From: a bacterium
GTDB taxonomy: Bacteria; SZUA-182; DTGQ01; JAFGSM01
Length of the DNA: 51,935 bases
Assembly (NCBI GenBank): GCA_049472335.1
Contig: JBLIRO010000035.1
Location: 1-51,935, forward strand
Direction: 5' to 3'
Shown here: positions 39,529 to 49,559 of the stretch, in pieces
Layout: every line of letters starts with the position of its first letter
How positions within the stretch are numbered: position 1 is the stretch's first letter
Translations under genes and position numbers: made by a program
Notes under the pieces: model-generated
Told to the model about the DNA's origin: nothing
Database searches by the model: none
Seen by the model: only the letters and a program-made list of their open reading frames with translations

Positions 39529-40668
39529 ATGGAAGAAAGCAGATTGTTTCTTTTTATTAAGAATGGCCTGGAAACTCATGGCGCAATAGTATACAAAAGC
39601 GCAGAGGACCTGATTGAAACACTGATGCCTCATGACCTTGCCAAAAACATGGGGTTAAGAGAGGATCAAAAATTCAGTTTGGGTTCCGCTTATCAGCATA
39701 ATTTGGAAATAGAAAATATTTCCTACAATAGTGAGAACCTGGGGAAATTCTCCGTATTGATAGATAATGCCGGTTTTTTTTCATCAATCGGCTCCAAGAA
39801 TTTATATTTAAAACAAAAGGGCCTGGAGAAACTGGTCTCAAAAAAAATATCATTTCTCAATTCTTCCCAAAGGTATTTACACAAAAAGGAAGTTTATAAT
39901 TCATACCTCATGTTTAATTTCAAATATACGGCAGTATCAGAGGAAAAGCAGGAGGGCATCCTTCCCGTTCTCATTAATGAACATACATTGGCATCACTCC
40001 CTGACACCAAGGAATTTGAAGTTGGACTTGAGGAAGATTTTCAGCCGATCATTTCAACAGACCACTTACCAGGCAGTCTGCTTGAATCTCAACCACCGGA
40101 TCTGATCTTACAAAGGGCCTCTGAAGCTGCAAAGGGCACGATACGGAAAATCCTTGCAGATTTTGAAAGGAGCCTTTCCCTCCGGATGAAAAGGGACATA
40201 GAGAGACTAACTGAATATTATCAGAAGATTATCCAGCAGATCAATGAAAAGATCCAAAAAAGGAGACTTTCCGGAGAAGACAAAGAAAAGGAAGAATCCC
40301 GTATAAATGCTACGCAGTTAGAGCTTAAGAAAAAAATTCATGACCAGCGCAAGAGGTACAACTTGAAAATCCAGGTAGATCTTATCAATGCACTGCGAAT
40401 CTTTATCCCTGTTATCTGTCTGGGATATGAAGTCTTTCGGAAAAAGACCAAAAAAAATCTTACGCTTATATGGAACCCTTTATTGAAGGATCTGGAATTA
40501 CCTGTTTGCGAATGCTGTTTTAATGATGCAGGCGGATTTTTCCTTTGCGATGAACATCAACACTTGCTCTGTGCTAAATGCTATGATGCATGTAATACTT
40601 GCCAGAAACAATACTGCAGGATTTGTTATCCTAAGAACTGTCCGAGATGTTCTTCTCCCAGTCCCTGA
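39529..40668 (+). CDS. YqhG-like SNF2 partner with a C-terminal Cys-rich Zn-binding domain
   Basis: Coiled-coil RDIERLTEYY; multiple CxxC pairs at the C-terminus; directly downstream of the SNF2 gene. Confidence 0.72.
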   Translation: MEESRLFLFIKNGLETHGAIVYKSAEDLIETLMPHDLAKNMGLREDQKFSLGSAYQHNLEIENISYNSENLGKFSVLIDNAGFFSSIGSKNLYLKQKGLEKLVSKKISFLNSSQRYLHKKEVYNSYLMFNFKYTAVSEEKQEGILPVLINEHTLASLPDTKEFEVGLEEDFQPIISTDHLPGSLLESQPPDLILQRASEAAKGTIRKILADFERSLSLRMKRDIERLTEYYQKIIQQINEKIQKRRLSGEDKEKEESRINATQLELKKKIHDQRKRYNLKIQVDLINALRIFIPVICLGYEVFRKKTKKNLTLIWNPLLKDLELPVCECCFNDAGGFFLCDEHQHLLCAKCYDACNTCQKQYCRICYPKNCPRCSSPSP

Positions 40669-40844
40669 TATAGTTTAACCCCAAATTTCTAAACTGACCG
40701 ATATCCACCAAAAACCATTCATAAAATAGAAACCTGCCCCCATTTAAGGTAAGCGCCAAATTGATAAAAACCAAATGATCCAGTATAATTAAATTATATT
40801 ATAAAACAAAAATTAGAGGGATTATAATTAATCAGGAAGATAAA

Positions 40845-41417
40845 ATGAAGAAACTAATTTTTTTAATGGTAGCCTGTCTTATTATATCAATCCCTGATTT
40901 GGGAGTTTGTCAACCTTGGACATATAACCTTAATGCCAGGTTCGGAATTAAGGATCTCAACAAAAATGATTGGAAACCTGTTGATAGTCAAATTGAATAC
41001 GGGATTACATTAGACTTCAGACAAAAGACATGGCCTGTCAATATTGCACTCGACATTCTTCATTCAACCGATGATGGAGTATATGATGCTAATAATACTG
41101 TTGAAGGCAAAACCTTGGAAATGGATTTAGGTGTCCGTAAGATATGGGCTCTAAAAACATTCAGGCCTTTTATTGGTGGAGGTGCCGCTTTAATTTCTGC
41201 CAAATATAAAGCCTCTAATAAATCAAGCATTACAAAAGAGGATGATGATACTTCCATAGGAATCTGGATTAATGGCGGTCTTTACTGGACAATTAAAAGA
41301 TTTAATATAGGTTTTGATTTAAGATGGTCTAAAGCCGATGTAACATTTTCGGAATTTAATGTGAAGGCCGATGCAGGAGGCTTACACTATGGATTAATAA
41401 CAGGTATTCACTTTTAA
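40845..41417 (+). CDS. Outer-membrane beta-barrel protein
   Basis: Signal peptide; amphipathic strands; RPFIGGG; C-terminal GIHF. Confidence 0.85.
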   Translation: MKKLIFLMVACLIISIPDLGVCQPWTYNLNARFGIKDLNKNDWKPVDSQIEYGITLDFRQKTWPVNIALDILHSTDDGVYDANNTVEGKTLEMDLGVRKIWALKTFRPFIGGGAALISAKYKASNKSSITKEDDDTSIGIWINGGLYWTIKRFNIGFDLRWSKADVTFSEFNVKADAGGLHYGLITGIHF

Positions 41418-41750
41418 AAATATTCCTGCCTTACTGGTATTTTACAGTCTAACCTACAGAGTTTTTATAAGACAACATAACCTTATTCATAAATAATCAT
41501 CTTTATCCACTCTTTCCTGAATATCTGCCTTTTGTTGAAACATATCTATATGCATATGAAACAAAGTTTCATATGCCATCAGGATATCTCCAAAACATAG
41601 ACAACATAAAATATTCCGCAGATTTATCCGATATAGATAAATATAAATGTTTTTATCATTCTTCTTAAAACATAGAAAAAATCTTTGCAGCATTTTAGCT
41701 GTTTGAAATAGTTTAAGGGCCTACTAATAATAACTAACCGCAAGAGGGGC

Positions 41751-44252
41751 ATGATGGAAATAAAGAAGATCACTGTTATAGGGTCCGGGGTAATGGGCAG
41801 CGGGATCGCCGCTCATTTAGTCAATGCGGGTTTCAGCGATGTGTATCTGCTGGATATTCTGCCTCCGAAATTAACGGATGAGCAGACAGAAAAGGGTTAC
41901 ACCCTGGAGGACAAAAACATCAGAAACCTCATTGCGAGAAAAAACCTGAATGCATTGATCAAAAGCAAACCTCCGCAACTCGGATTGATCAAATTCGCAA
42001 AAAGAATCACCCTCGGCAATACAACGGACGACTTTGACAAATGTGTCTCATCATCGGACTGGATCATAGAGGTGGTTCCCGAGGTTGTCAGGATCAAAAA
42101 TGATACATTCAAAAGGATAGACAGGGCCAGAAAGCCTCATTCCATCGTGTCCTCAAACACATCAGGGATATCCATCAAGGAGATGACAGAAGGGTGTTCA
42201 GACCAGTTAAAGAAACACTTCCTTATTACCCATTTTTTCAATCCGGTCAGATTCATGAAGCTCCTTGAAATTGTCAAAAGTGATGCCACAAAACCCGAAG
42301 TGCTCAAAACAATAGAAGAGATAGGTCAGGAAAGACTGGGAAAGGGGATCGTGCACAGCTACGACGTGCCGGCCTTTGTAGGCAACAGAATAGGCGTATA
42401 TGACATCATGTTTTTGATGAGCCTCATAGAGGATTATGGAATAGTCACCATTAACAATATTTATGACAAGAAACTTGGTTATGGAGGGAAACCTTTCAGC
42501 ACATGTGACCTGGTCGGTCTGGATACACTGTCCCATGTGGTTAAGTATATATATGATTCTACAAACGATGAATCGCATGGCATATTTAAAACCCCGGAAT
42601 TCCTTACAAGGCTTGTGGAATCCGGAAGACTGGGAAGAAAATCGGGTGCGGGATTTTTCAAGAGAGAACAGTTGAACGGGAAAAAGATCGATCTGGTTAT
42701 CAATCCTGAAAACAACGAATATGTCCCGAAGAAGAATCCGAGGTTAAAATCTGTAAAAAAGGTGAAGAAGGCAAAATCAGTGGAACAGGCCATAAAAATC
42801 ATGTATGAGAGCAATGATCTGGGAGGAGAGATCTTCAGGAAAAATGTCAACGCGCTGGTCAGATATACATTTGCCAGGGCAACAGAATTAAGTCCTGACG
42901 GGATTGAGGCAGTTGATAACGCCATACGATGGGGCTTCAACCGAAAATACGGCCCAGGGCAGGTCCTGAATATCATCGGAGTGGACAGGGTTGTAAAGGA
43001 TATAGAAAAGGAGGCAGAGGTACCGGATCTATTAAAGGAACTATACAAAACAGGGAAAAACAGGGTTTATATACCAAACGGAAACAAAGAAGAGCTGGTA
43101 TTCACCAGGGGAAATGAATTCAAAAGGATAAAAAGACCGGACAGGTATATGACCTTTAAAGATATTGCAAAAAATTCAAGCCCGATCTTTGAAATCAGGA
43201 ATGGCGGAAGGGCTTTTGATATTGGTTATGATATCCTTGCTGTGGAGATGCTGTCCAGAAACGGGACAATCAACCTTGAGGTCATAGAAGCCATCAATAA
43301 GGCGCTCGATTTGGCAGAGTCAAAGGCCCGAGGATTGATCGTCGGAAATGACCTGGAAAATTTCTCTTTCGGCGCTGACCTGGATATGTTGCTCGGTTAT
43401 GCTTTAAGAGGGAGGACCGGGGTCATCGAAAGGGTGATCAGAAATTTCCAGATGTTAAATCATAAGCTCAAGTTTGCCAAGATCCCTGTTGTAGTCATAA
43501 AACGGGGAATGGCATTGGGAGGCGGCTGTGAGCTGGGATTTGGAGCGCATATCAGGGCAGCCCATGACAGTTTCATTGGCCTGGTGGAGTTTGGCGTGGG
43601 CCTGATTCCGGGAGGCGGCGGGACAAAGGAGCTTCTGGTCAGAAAATATCATAAATACGCGAAGGAAGAGGGTTCAAAGCCCCTGGATTATATCAGGGAA
43701 GCCTTTAAACAGATCGCCTTTGTAAAGGTCTCTACGAGTGCATACGAGGCAAAAGAGCTTGGATACCTGTCCGAATCTGACGGCATTTCCATGAACAGCG
43801 ACTTTTTGCTTTATGATGCCAAAGAGGATATTAAAAGGCTTTCAAAAGATTATTCCCCACCGGAAGAAACCTGTGTGCCTTTGCCAGGAAGGGATATAAA
43901 GGCAACTCTCTATACAGGTATTGATCTGGCAGTCGCCGCGCGGCAATTACCGCCCATGAAGGTCCCCAACTTCATCCGGAGGCATATGGAGCTGGTGGCA
44001 AAAACAATGGCTGACATTCTGAGCGGAGGAGATATTCCCTTTCCCGGGAAAAAATTCACCGAGCTTGAGTTATTGGAAAAGGAGCGGCAGGCATTCTTAC
44101 GGCTCACTACAGAGATGTCTTTCAAGGAAAGGTTTAGCTGGCTTCAGATAGCGGCCGGCACTTTAAAGAAGAAACCGTTCCCCTGGGCCTTCAAGTCAAT
44201 TAAACGCTCCCTTTTTAGTAATAGCAACAATAACAATAATAATAAGAGATAA
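41751..44252 (+). CDS. fadN: 3-hydroxyacyl-CoA dehydrogenase/enoyl-CoA hydratase (FadN-like)
   Basis: GSGVMGSGIA, SSNTSG, HFFNP.RFMKLLE; C-terminal crotonase FSFGADL, ALGGGCE, LVEFGVGLIPGGGG. Confidence 0.92.
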   Translation: MMEIKKITVIGSGVMGSGIAAHLVNAGFSDVYLLDILPPKLTDEQTEKGYTLEDKNIRNLIARKNLNALIKSKPPQLGLIKFAKRITLGNTTDDFDKCVSSSDWIIEVVPEVVRIKNDTFKRIDRARKPHSIVSSNTSGISIKEMTEGCSDQLKKHFLITHFFNPVRFMKLLEIVKSDATKPEVLKTIEEIGQERLGKGIVHSYDVPAFVGNRIGVYDIMFLMSLIEDYGIVTINNIYDKKLGYGGKPFSTCDLVGLDTLSHVVKYIYDSTNDESHGIFKTPEFLTRLVESGRLGRKSGAGFFKREQLNGKKIDLVINPENNEYVPKKNPRLKSVKKVKKAKSVEQAIKIMYESNDLGGEIFRKNVNALVRYTFARATELSPDGIEAVDNAIRWGFNRKYGPGQVLNIIGVDRVVKDIEKEAEVPDLLKELYKTGKNRVYIPNGNKEELVFTRGNEFKRIKRPDRYMTFKDIAKNSSPIFEIRNGGRAFDIGYDILAVEMLSRNGTINLEVIEAINKALDLAESKARGLIVGNDLENFSFGADLDMLLGYALRGRTGVIERVIRNFQMLNHKLKFAKIPVVVIKRGMALGGGCELGFGAHIRAAHDSFIGLVEFGVGLIPGGGGTKELLVRKYHKYAKEEGSKPLDYIREAFKQIAFVKVSTSAYEAKELGYLSESDGISMNSDFLLYDAKEDIKRLSKDYSPPEETCVPLPGRDIKATLYTGIDLAVAARQLPPMKVPNFIRRHMELVAKTMADILSGGDIPFPGKKFTELELLEKERQAFLRLTTEMSFKERFSWLQIAAGTLKKKPFPWAFKSIKRSLFSNSNNNNNNKR

Positions 44253-44268
44253 CAGGAGAGGGATAATA

Positions 44269-45537
44269 ATGAGCGAGAGGATTTATATAGTTAATGCTAG
44301 GAGATTACCTGTTTGTAAAAGCAAAGGTGAAAAAATTCCTCCTGAAGAAGGTGGCAATGGGATAGACAGATATCCCGGCAAATATGAAAGTCTGGGCTCT
44401 GTTGAGCTTCTTTCCTGTGTCCTTGAGGATTTGGTTAAAAACACCTCGATTCCGAAGGAGGATATATCTGATATAATTACGGGTTGTGCCTTGCAGGACT
44501 CAGACCAGGGGGCAAATGTCGCGCGGATTGCCCAGCTAACATTGGATCTTCCACAGGAAATCCCCGCGGTAACGGTTGACAGATTATGCGGGTCCAGTCT
44601 TTCGGCAACAATGAAGGCAGCGGAATTCCTGATTGCCGGACAAAATTTCAAGGACGAAAAACCACGTGCTGTTCTGGTTGGCGGCATAGAGCATATGGGC
44701 CATCATGATATGAGTGAAATATTCAGCCCGAGCAAATACTTCTATGACAACTTTGCCCAAAAAAACATTACTGCTTTAAACATGGGATTGACAGCAGAAA
44801 AACTGGCAGAGATGTTTAAGATCTCCAGAACGGAGCAGGAAGTATTTGCCTATCACAGTCATACCAAGGCTGTAAAGGCGGCTTCTGAAGGGAAATTTGA
44901 TGATGAAATAATCCCGGTCACCTTGCCTGATGGCGAGATATTAAAGAATGATGTTGGCCCGAGGACTTATGGTTCTCTGGAAGAAGCACTAAAGACGTTC
45001 AGCAGGCTAAAGCCGGCATTCAAAAATGGCGGGACGGTCACTGCCGCGACCTCAGCCCCTTATTCGGATGGTGCCGCGGGGCTGTTCGTTGTTACGGAAT
45101 CCTATATGAACCTGAAGAAACTCAAACCAATGGCGGAGATTATCTCCTGGTCCTCCACAGGCGTGGATCCGAATATCATGGGTTTTGGCCCTGTCGAATC
45201 AACAAAGACGGCATTAAAGAGGGCCGGACTGTATCTGAAAGATATTGGTCTGATCGAAATGAACGAGGCCTTTTGCGCTCAAATTCTTGCCTGTATAAAA
45301 CAGTTGTCCAGGGATTTCGACCTTGACGAAAAAGAATTCAATAAAATAATTAATGTAAATGGCGGGGCCACCGCACTGGGTCACCCGCTAGGCGCCACCG
45401 GCGCAAAACTCTTGACTACAATGGTACACGAACTTCAAAGAAGACCGGATGTTGAATATGGGCTGGTAACCATGTGTATCGGCATGGGCCAGGGTGATGC
45501 CATGATTCTCAAGAATATCAATGGGGGATTGTATTAA
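44269..45537 (+). CDS. fadA: 3-ketoacyl-CoA thiolase
   Basis: RLCGSS, NEAF, GHPLGATG, MCIGMGQG. Confidence 0.95.
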   Translation: MSERIYIVNARRLPVCKSKGEKIPPEEGGNGIDRYPGKYESLGSVELLSCVLEDLVKNTSIPKEDISDIITGCALQDSDQGANVARIAQLTLDLPQEIPAVTVDRLCGSSLSATMKAAEFLIAGQNFKDEKPRAVLVGGIEHMGHHDMSEIFSPSKYFYDNFAQKNITALNMGLTAEKLAEMFKISRTEQEVFAYHSHTKAVKAASEGKFDDEIIPVTLPDGEILKNDVGPRTYGSLEEALKTFSRLKPAFKNGGTVTAATSAPYSDGAAGLFVVTESYMNLKKLKPMAEIISWSSTGVDPNIMGFGPVESTKTALKRAGLYLKDIGLIEMNEAFCAQILACIKQLSRDFDLDEKEFNKIINVNGGATALGHPLGATGAKLLTTMVHELQRRPDVEYGLVTMCIGMGQGDAMILKNINGGLY

Positions 45538-45702
45538 ATAGTTGATTCCATTTTGTGACCTCCAAGATCTTGACAAATATAATCAACTGGAATTATATTA
45601 GACTGATAAAAATTGCATTAATGGAATGGTATTCTAATCTAACTACTTTAACCATAAATCAAATAAATGGATAAATTGCTACTGACATAAAAGGAGAAAG
45701 CA

Positions 45703-46248
45703 ATGGAATATCGAATAGGCCGTTTCATTCACCTCGCATCTATAATCTCTCTTCTGACACTAGCTGCATCTCCGGTATATGCAGAGGAAGCTTCCCTGTG
45801 GGCCCCGCCGGACCGTTGGTTTATTTACACTGTGATTTTCACCGTTTTAATCGGATCTTTGCTGGCACTCATTCTTGTCCGTAATGCACTCAGTAACAGC
45901 AAATGGTCTTTGGCCGATGCATTATCCGAAGAAGCCGAAATCACTGAAATGGAAACCCCTGCAGGGGCTACAAAACCAATTTCGGATCCTTCCCAAACAC
46001 CTGTTATGGTCACAGAATTGCGCGCCAGTTCAAGCCGTTTGGTAGCATTCATGGGTATGATTGTTATTCTGCTTATGTTTATTGGTTTCGGAATGTTCGC
46101 ACTTTACTCGTTTGCAGTTACTGGAAATATGCCGGCCTCAATTGACAAAGTGGTACATTATCTACTCGCCGGACTTACATTGTTTGCCCCATATGCTGTA
46201 AATAAGTTCTCAAGTGTGTTCGAGATGCTCGCACCTAAAAAGCAATAA
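45703..46248 (+). CDS. Hypothetical membrane protein
   Basis: Signal peptide plus about three transmembrane segments; RBS AAGGAG; TTGACA-18-TATATT at 45570-45599. Confidence 0.75.
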   Translation: MEYRIGRFIHLASIISLLTLAASPVYAEEASLWAPPDRWFIYTVIFTVLIGSLLALILVRNALSNSKWSLADALSEEAEITEMETPAGATKPISDPSQTPVMVTELRASSSRLVAFMGMIVILLMFIGFGMFALYSFAVTGNMPASIDKVVHYLLAGLTLFAPYAVNKFSSVFEMLAPKKQ

Positions 46249-46350
46249 AAATGGCGTAGATCTTTTATTATAAGGTTTTAATAAAACAAATAATGAAGGC
46301 TAAATTTAAAGCTCGCTAATAATTACTTTTTCTCACTTTCTTTTTACCTT

Positions 46351-46421
46351 TTGGCACTTTAGCACACTTTCTTTAAAACTTTAGGCACTTGACACTTTAG
46401 GCACTTTAGCGCACGCACTTT
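46351..46421. repeat. Degenerate short tandem repeat (CACTTTAG/TTAGGCACT)
   Basis: Seen directly in the intergenic region. Confidence 0.6.
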
Positions 46422-46581
46422 TCTGCTTAAGGCGTTTCTTTGACTTTATCGCATCTTCTTTTTAACTTTAAAACTTCCTTTAAGTTATTCCTTTTACAAT
46501 AAAATCTTCCTTTATCTCACCCCCCTAAGTTCGAATCTTTACCAATATATAACCGAATTTATAAATAGGATTCTAAACAGG

Positions 46582-46617
46582 AGAGGATTATCCATAATTA
46601 GAGGATTATCCATAATT
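46582..46617. repeat. Perfect 18-bp tandem duplication AGAGGATTATCCATAATT
   Basis: Seen directly, just upstream of the acyl-CoA ligase RBS. Confidence 0.85.
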
Positions 46618-46643
46618 ATAAGAGACATAAGGAGCCGCACCCC

Positions 46644-48353
46644 ATGAATAAAACCTGCTTTCAGGATAGACCATGGACATCCCATTACGCAGCCGGTGTT
46701 CCGGACAAAATTGAATACGAGAAAAAATGCCTGCCGGAAATACTGGAAACCACTGCAAGGATGTTTCCAGATAAAATGGCACTTCTTTTCAAGGGTTATA
46801 AAATCACGTTCAAAGAATTAAATGATATGGTGGATCGTTTCGCCAACTGTCTTAAAAAATTTGGGATAAAAAAGGGGGACAGGGTTGCCATTCTCCTGCC
46901 AAACAGTATTCCATGTGTTGTAAGCTACTATGGGATACTAAAAGCGGGTGGTATAGCCGTCCTGAACAACCCTCTCTCTTCTGTGCGGGAACTTGAACAC
47001 CAGTTAAATGATTCCGGCTCCAAATGTCTGGTAACCCTGGATCTTCTTGCCAACCGGATGATTGATCTCAGGCCGAAGACTCATATAAAACAGATCATCT
47101 ATTCCTCCATGGGGGATTATCTTCCTTTTTTTAAAGGGCTTTTGTTTCCGCTCATAGCCAAAAAGAAACGTCTGGCTGCAGATGTAAAATCCGCTGAAAA
47201 CGTATATAAATGGAAGGAGATCCTGGCTGATAATCATTCCGGACCGCCAAACGTACCCTTCTCTTTCGATGATGTGGCCATGTTTCAATATACAGGGGGG
47301 ACAACAGGTGTCTCAAAAGGCGCCATACTTACCCATGGCAACCTGAGCACACAGGTTCAACAGCTTGCAGCATGGTTCCCCAATTTCGAAAAAAATAAGG
47401 AGGTAATCCTGGGGGCCCTGCCCTTTTTTCATGTGTTCGGACTGACAACCGCCATGAATTTTCCCATATATATGGGATGGGGGAATATCCTGGTCCCGAA
47501 GCCAAAACCGGATTCCCTTATAGAATCCATCAAAAAATACAAACCAAGCTTTGCCCCTCTAGTCCCTACCATGTATATAGGAATACTGAACCATCCCCAT
47601 ATCGATAAGATCGATTTGACCTCTATAAAGGGATGTTTTTCCGGAAGCGCCCCGCTTCCGGTTGAAGTGATTAAGGAGTTTGAAAAAAGGACAGGGGCTA
47701 TTATAGTGGAGGGTTTTGGTCTGACTGAGGCATCACCTGTAACTCATATCAATCCCTTTGGAGGGACGAGAAAAGTGGGCAGTGTGGGAATCCCCATACC
47801 AAATACGGAGTGCCGCATTGTAGATATCAAAGACAGAAAGACGGATGTCCCGGTCGGAGAGTCCGGTGAGTTGCTCATCAGAGGGCCTCAGGTGATGAAA
47901 GGATATCTGAACAAGCCCGGGGAAACTGCATGTACCCTTAAAGATGGCTGGCTTCATACGGGTGATATTGCAAAAATGGATGAAGAAGGTTATTTTTATA
48001 TTGTCGACAGGATAAAAGACATGGTCTTATCCGGTGGCTGTAATGTCTACCCCCGGGATATCGAAGAGGTTCTTTTTGAAAATCCGAAGGTCAAGGAGGT
48101 TGCCGCTATCGGAAAACCACACCCTACCCGCGGGGAATCGATCAAGGTATTCTGCGTTTTAAAAAAAGGAAAAACAGCTACACAGGAAGAATTGATAGAA
48201 TTTTGCAAAGGTAAGCTGGCCATATACAAACTTCCTACTGAGGTTGAATTCCTGGAAAATCTTCCCAAAAGCAAAATCGGAAAGGTCCTGAAAAAGCAGC
48301 TCAAACTCTTGGAGATAGAAAAACAGCAAAAGGCAATAAAGGTAACCAGCTAA
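46644..48353 (+). CDS. fadD: Long-chain fatty acid--CoA ligase
   Basis: YTGGTTGVSKG, GFGLTE, GWLHTGD, DRIKD, PKSKIGK. Confidence 0.93.
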   Translation: MNKTCFQDRPWTSHYAAGVPDKIEYEKKCLPEILETTARMFPDKMALLFKGYKITFKELNDMVDRFANCLKKFGIKKGDRVAILLPNSIPCVVSYYGILKAGGIAVLNNPLSSVRELEHQLNDSGSKCLVTLDLLANRMIDLRPKTHIKQIIYSSMGDYLPFFKGLLFPLIAKKKRLAADVKSAENVYKWKEILADNHSGPPNVPFSFDDVAMFQYTGGTTGVSKGAILTHGNLSTQVQQLAAWFPNFEKNKEVILGALPFFHVFGLTTAMNFPIYMGWGNILVPKPKPDSLIESIKKYKPSFAPLVPTMYIGILNHPHIDKIDLTSIKGCFSGSAPLPVEVIKEFEKRTGAIIVEGFGLTEASPVTHINPFGGTRKVGSVGIPIPNTECRIVDIKDRKTDVPVGESGELLIRGPQVMKGYLNKPGETACTLKDGWLHTGDIAKMDEEGYFYIVDRIKDMVLSGGCNVYPRDIEEVLFENPKVKEVAAIGKPHPTRGESIKVFCVLKKGKTATQEELIEFCKGKLAIYKLPTEVEFLENLPKSKIGKVLKKQLKLLEIEKQQKAIKVTS

Positions 48354-48368
48354 TCAGGGAGGCAAGGC

Positions 48369-49520
48369 GTGGATTTTAAATTAAACAGGGAACAGGAAGC
48401 AATACAGAAGGCAGCGAGAGATTTTGCCAAAGGAGAATTCGATAAAGAGATTGCCCTTCACCATGAAAGATCGCATACCTTTCCTGAAGAGATATGGAAA
48501 AAGGCCTGTGATCTGAATTTCGTCGGGATTCATTATCCTGAAAGATATAATGGTCAGGATTACGGCGCTTTTGAAAATGCACTCATCGTGGAAGAGTTCT
48601 GTAGAAGGGATTCAGGAATAGGGATCTCCCTCAGCATCGTCGATTTCGCCTCAGAGATCATTTTACGGTTTGGGACAGATGAGCAAAAAGAAAAATATCT
48701 CGTTCCCATTACTAAAGGTCAGTATATATCATGCGGCGCGTTTACCGAGCCTGACCATGGAAGCGATATTACATTCTTGAACACATCGGCTGTAAAAGAG
48801 GGAGATGAGTATGTTATAAACGGGGTAAAGACCTTTATCACGAATGGGACCATAGGTAATTTCGTCATTGTTCTCTGCCAAACGGACGCACAGGCAGACC
48901 CGACCTATCGGGGCCAGTCACTCATCATAGTTGACAAAGGGACGTCAGGATTTGAGGCCCGGGATATCGGTGAAAAGATGGGGATAAAGATGACAGCCAC
49001 TGCGGAGCTTTCATTCAATAATGTAAGGGTCCCTGTATCAAATCTTGTAGGACAGGAAAATAAAGGATTTTACCACGCCCTTGAATTCTTTGACGAAAGC
49101 AGGATAGAAATCGCGGCCCAGGCCCTCGGGATAGCCCAGGGCGCGTTCGACCGGGCGCTTTCATATTGTAAAGAGCGTAAACAGTTTAATAAAAAGCTTG
49201 CCGAATTCCAGGTAACAAAGCATAAGCTTGCAGATATGGCAACGAAACTCGAAACAGCAAGGCTTATAGTCTATAAAGCGGCCTGGAATTTTGACCAGGG
49301 CCGCATCGACCCCAAACTCACTTCCATGGCAAAGCTCTATGCGGCCCGTATGGCTGTTGAAATCACTGAGGAAACCATTCAGTTGTTAGGCGGTTACGGG
49401 TATATGCTGGAGTACGAAGTTGAACGTTTCTACAGGGATGCCAGGATCACGGAAATATATGAAGGCACCAGGGAGATTCAAAAGAATACCATCGCCAGCG
49501 GAGTGATAGGGAAATTATAG
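48369..49520 (+). CDS. Acyl-CoA dehydrogenase
   Basis: FTEPDHGSD, KTFITNG, KMG, RKQF, GGYGY, IYEGT; GTG start after RBS GGGAGG. Confidence 0.95.
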   Translation: MDFKLNREQEAIQKAARDFAKGEFDKEIALHHERSHTFPEEIWKKACDLNFVGIHYPERYNGQDYGAFENALIVEEFCRRDSGIGISLSIVDFASEIILRFGTDEQKEKYLVPITKGQYISCGAFTEPDHGSDITFLNTSAVKEGDEYVINGVKTFITNGTIGNFVIVLCQTDAQADPTYRGQSLIIVDKGTSGFEARDIGEKMGIKMTATAELSFNNVRVPVSNLVGQENKGFYHALEFFDESRIEIAAQALGIAQGAFDRALSYCKERKQFNKKLAEFQVTKHKLADMATKLETARLIVYKAAWNFDQGRIDPKLTSMAKLYAARMAVEITEETIQLLGGYGYMLEYEVERFYRDARITEIYEGTREIQKNTIASGVIGKL

Positions 49521-49559
49521 TCAAATCCCGAAAAAACAACGTATTAAGTAGGAACATCA

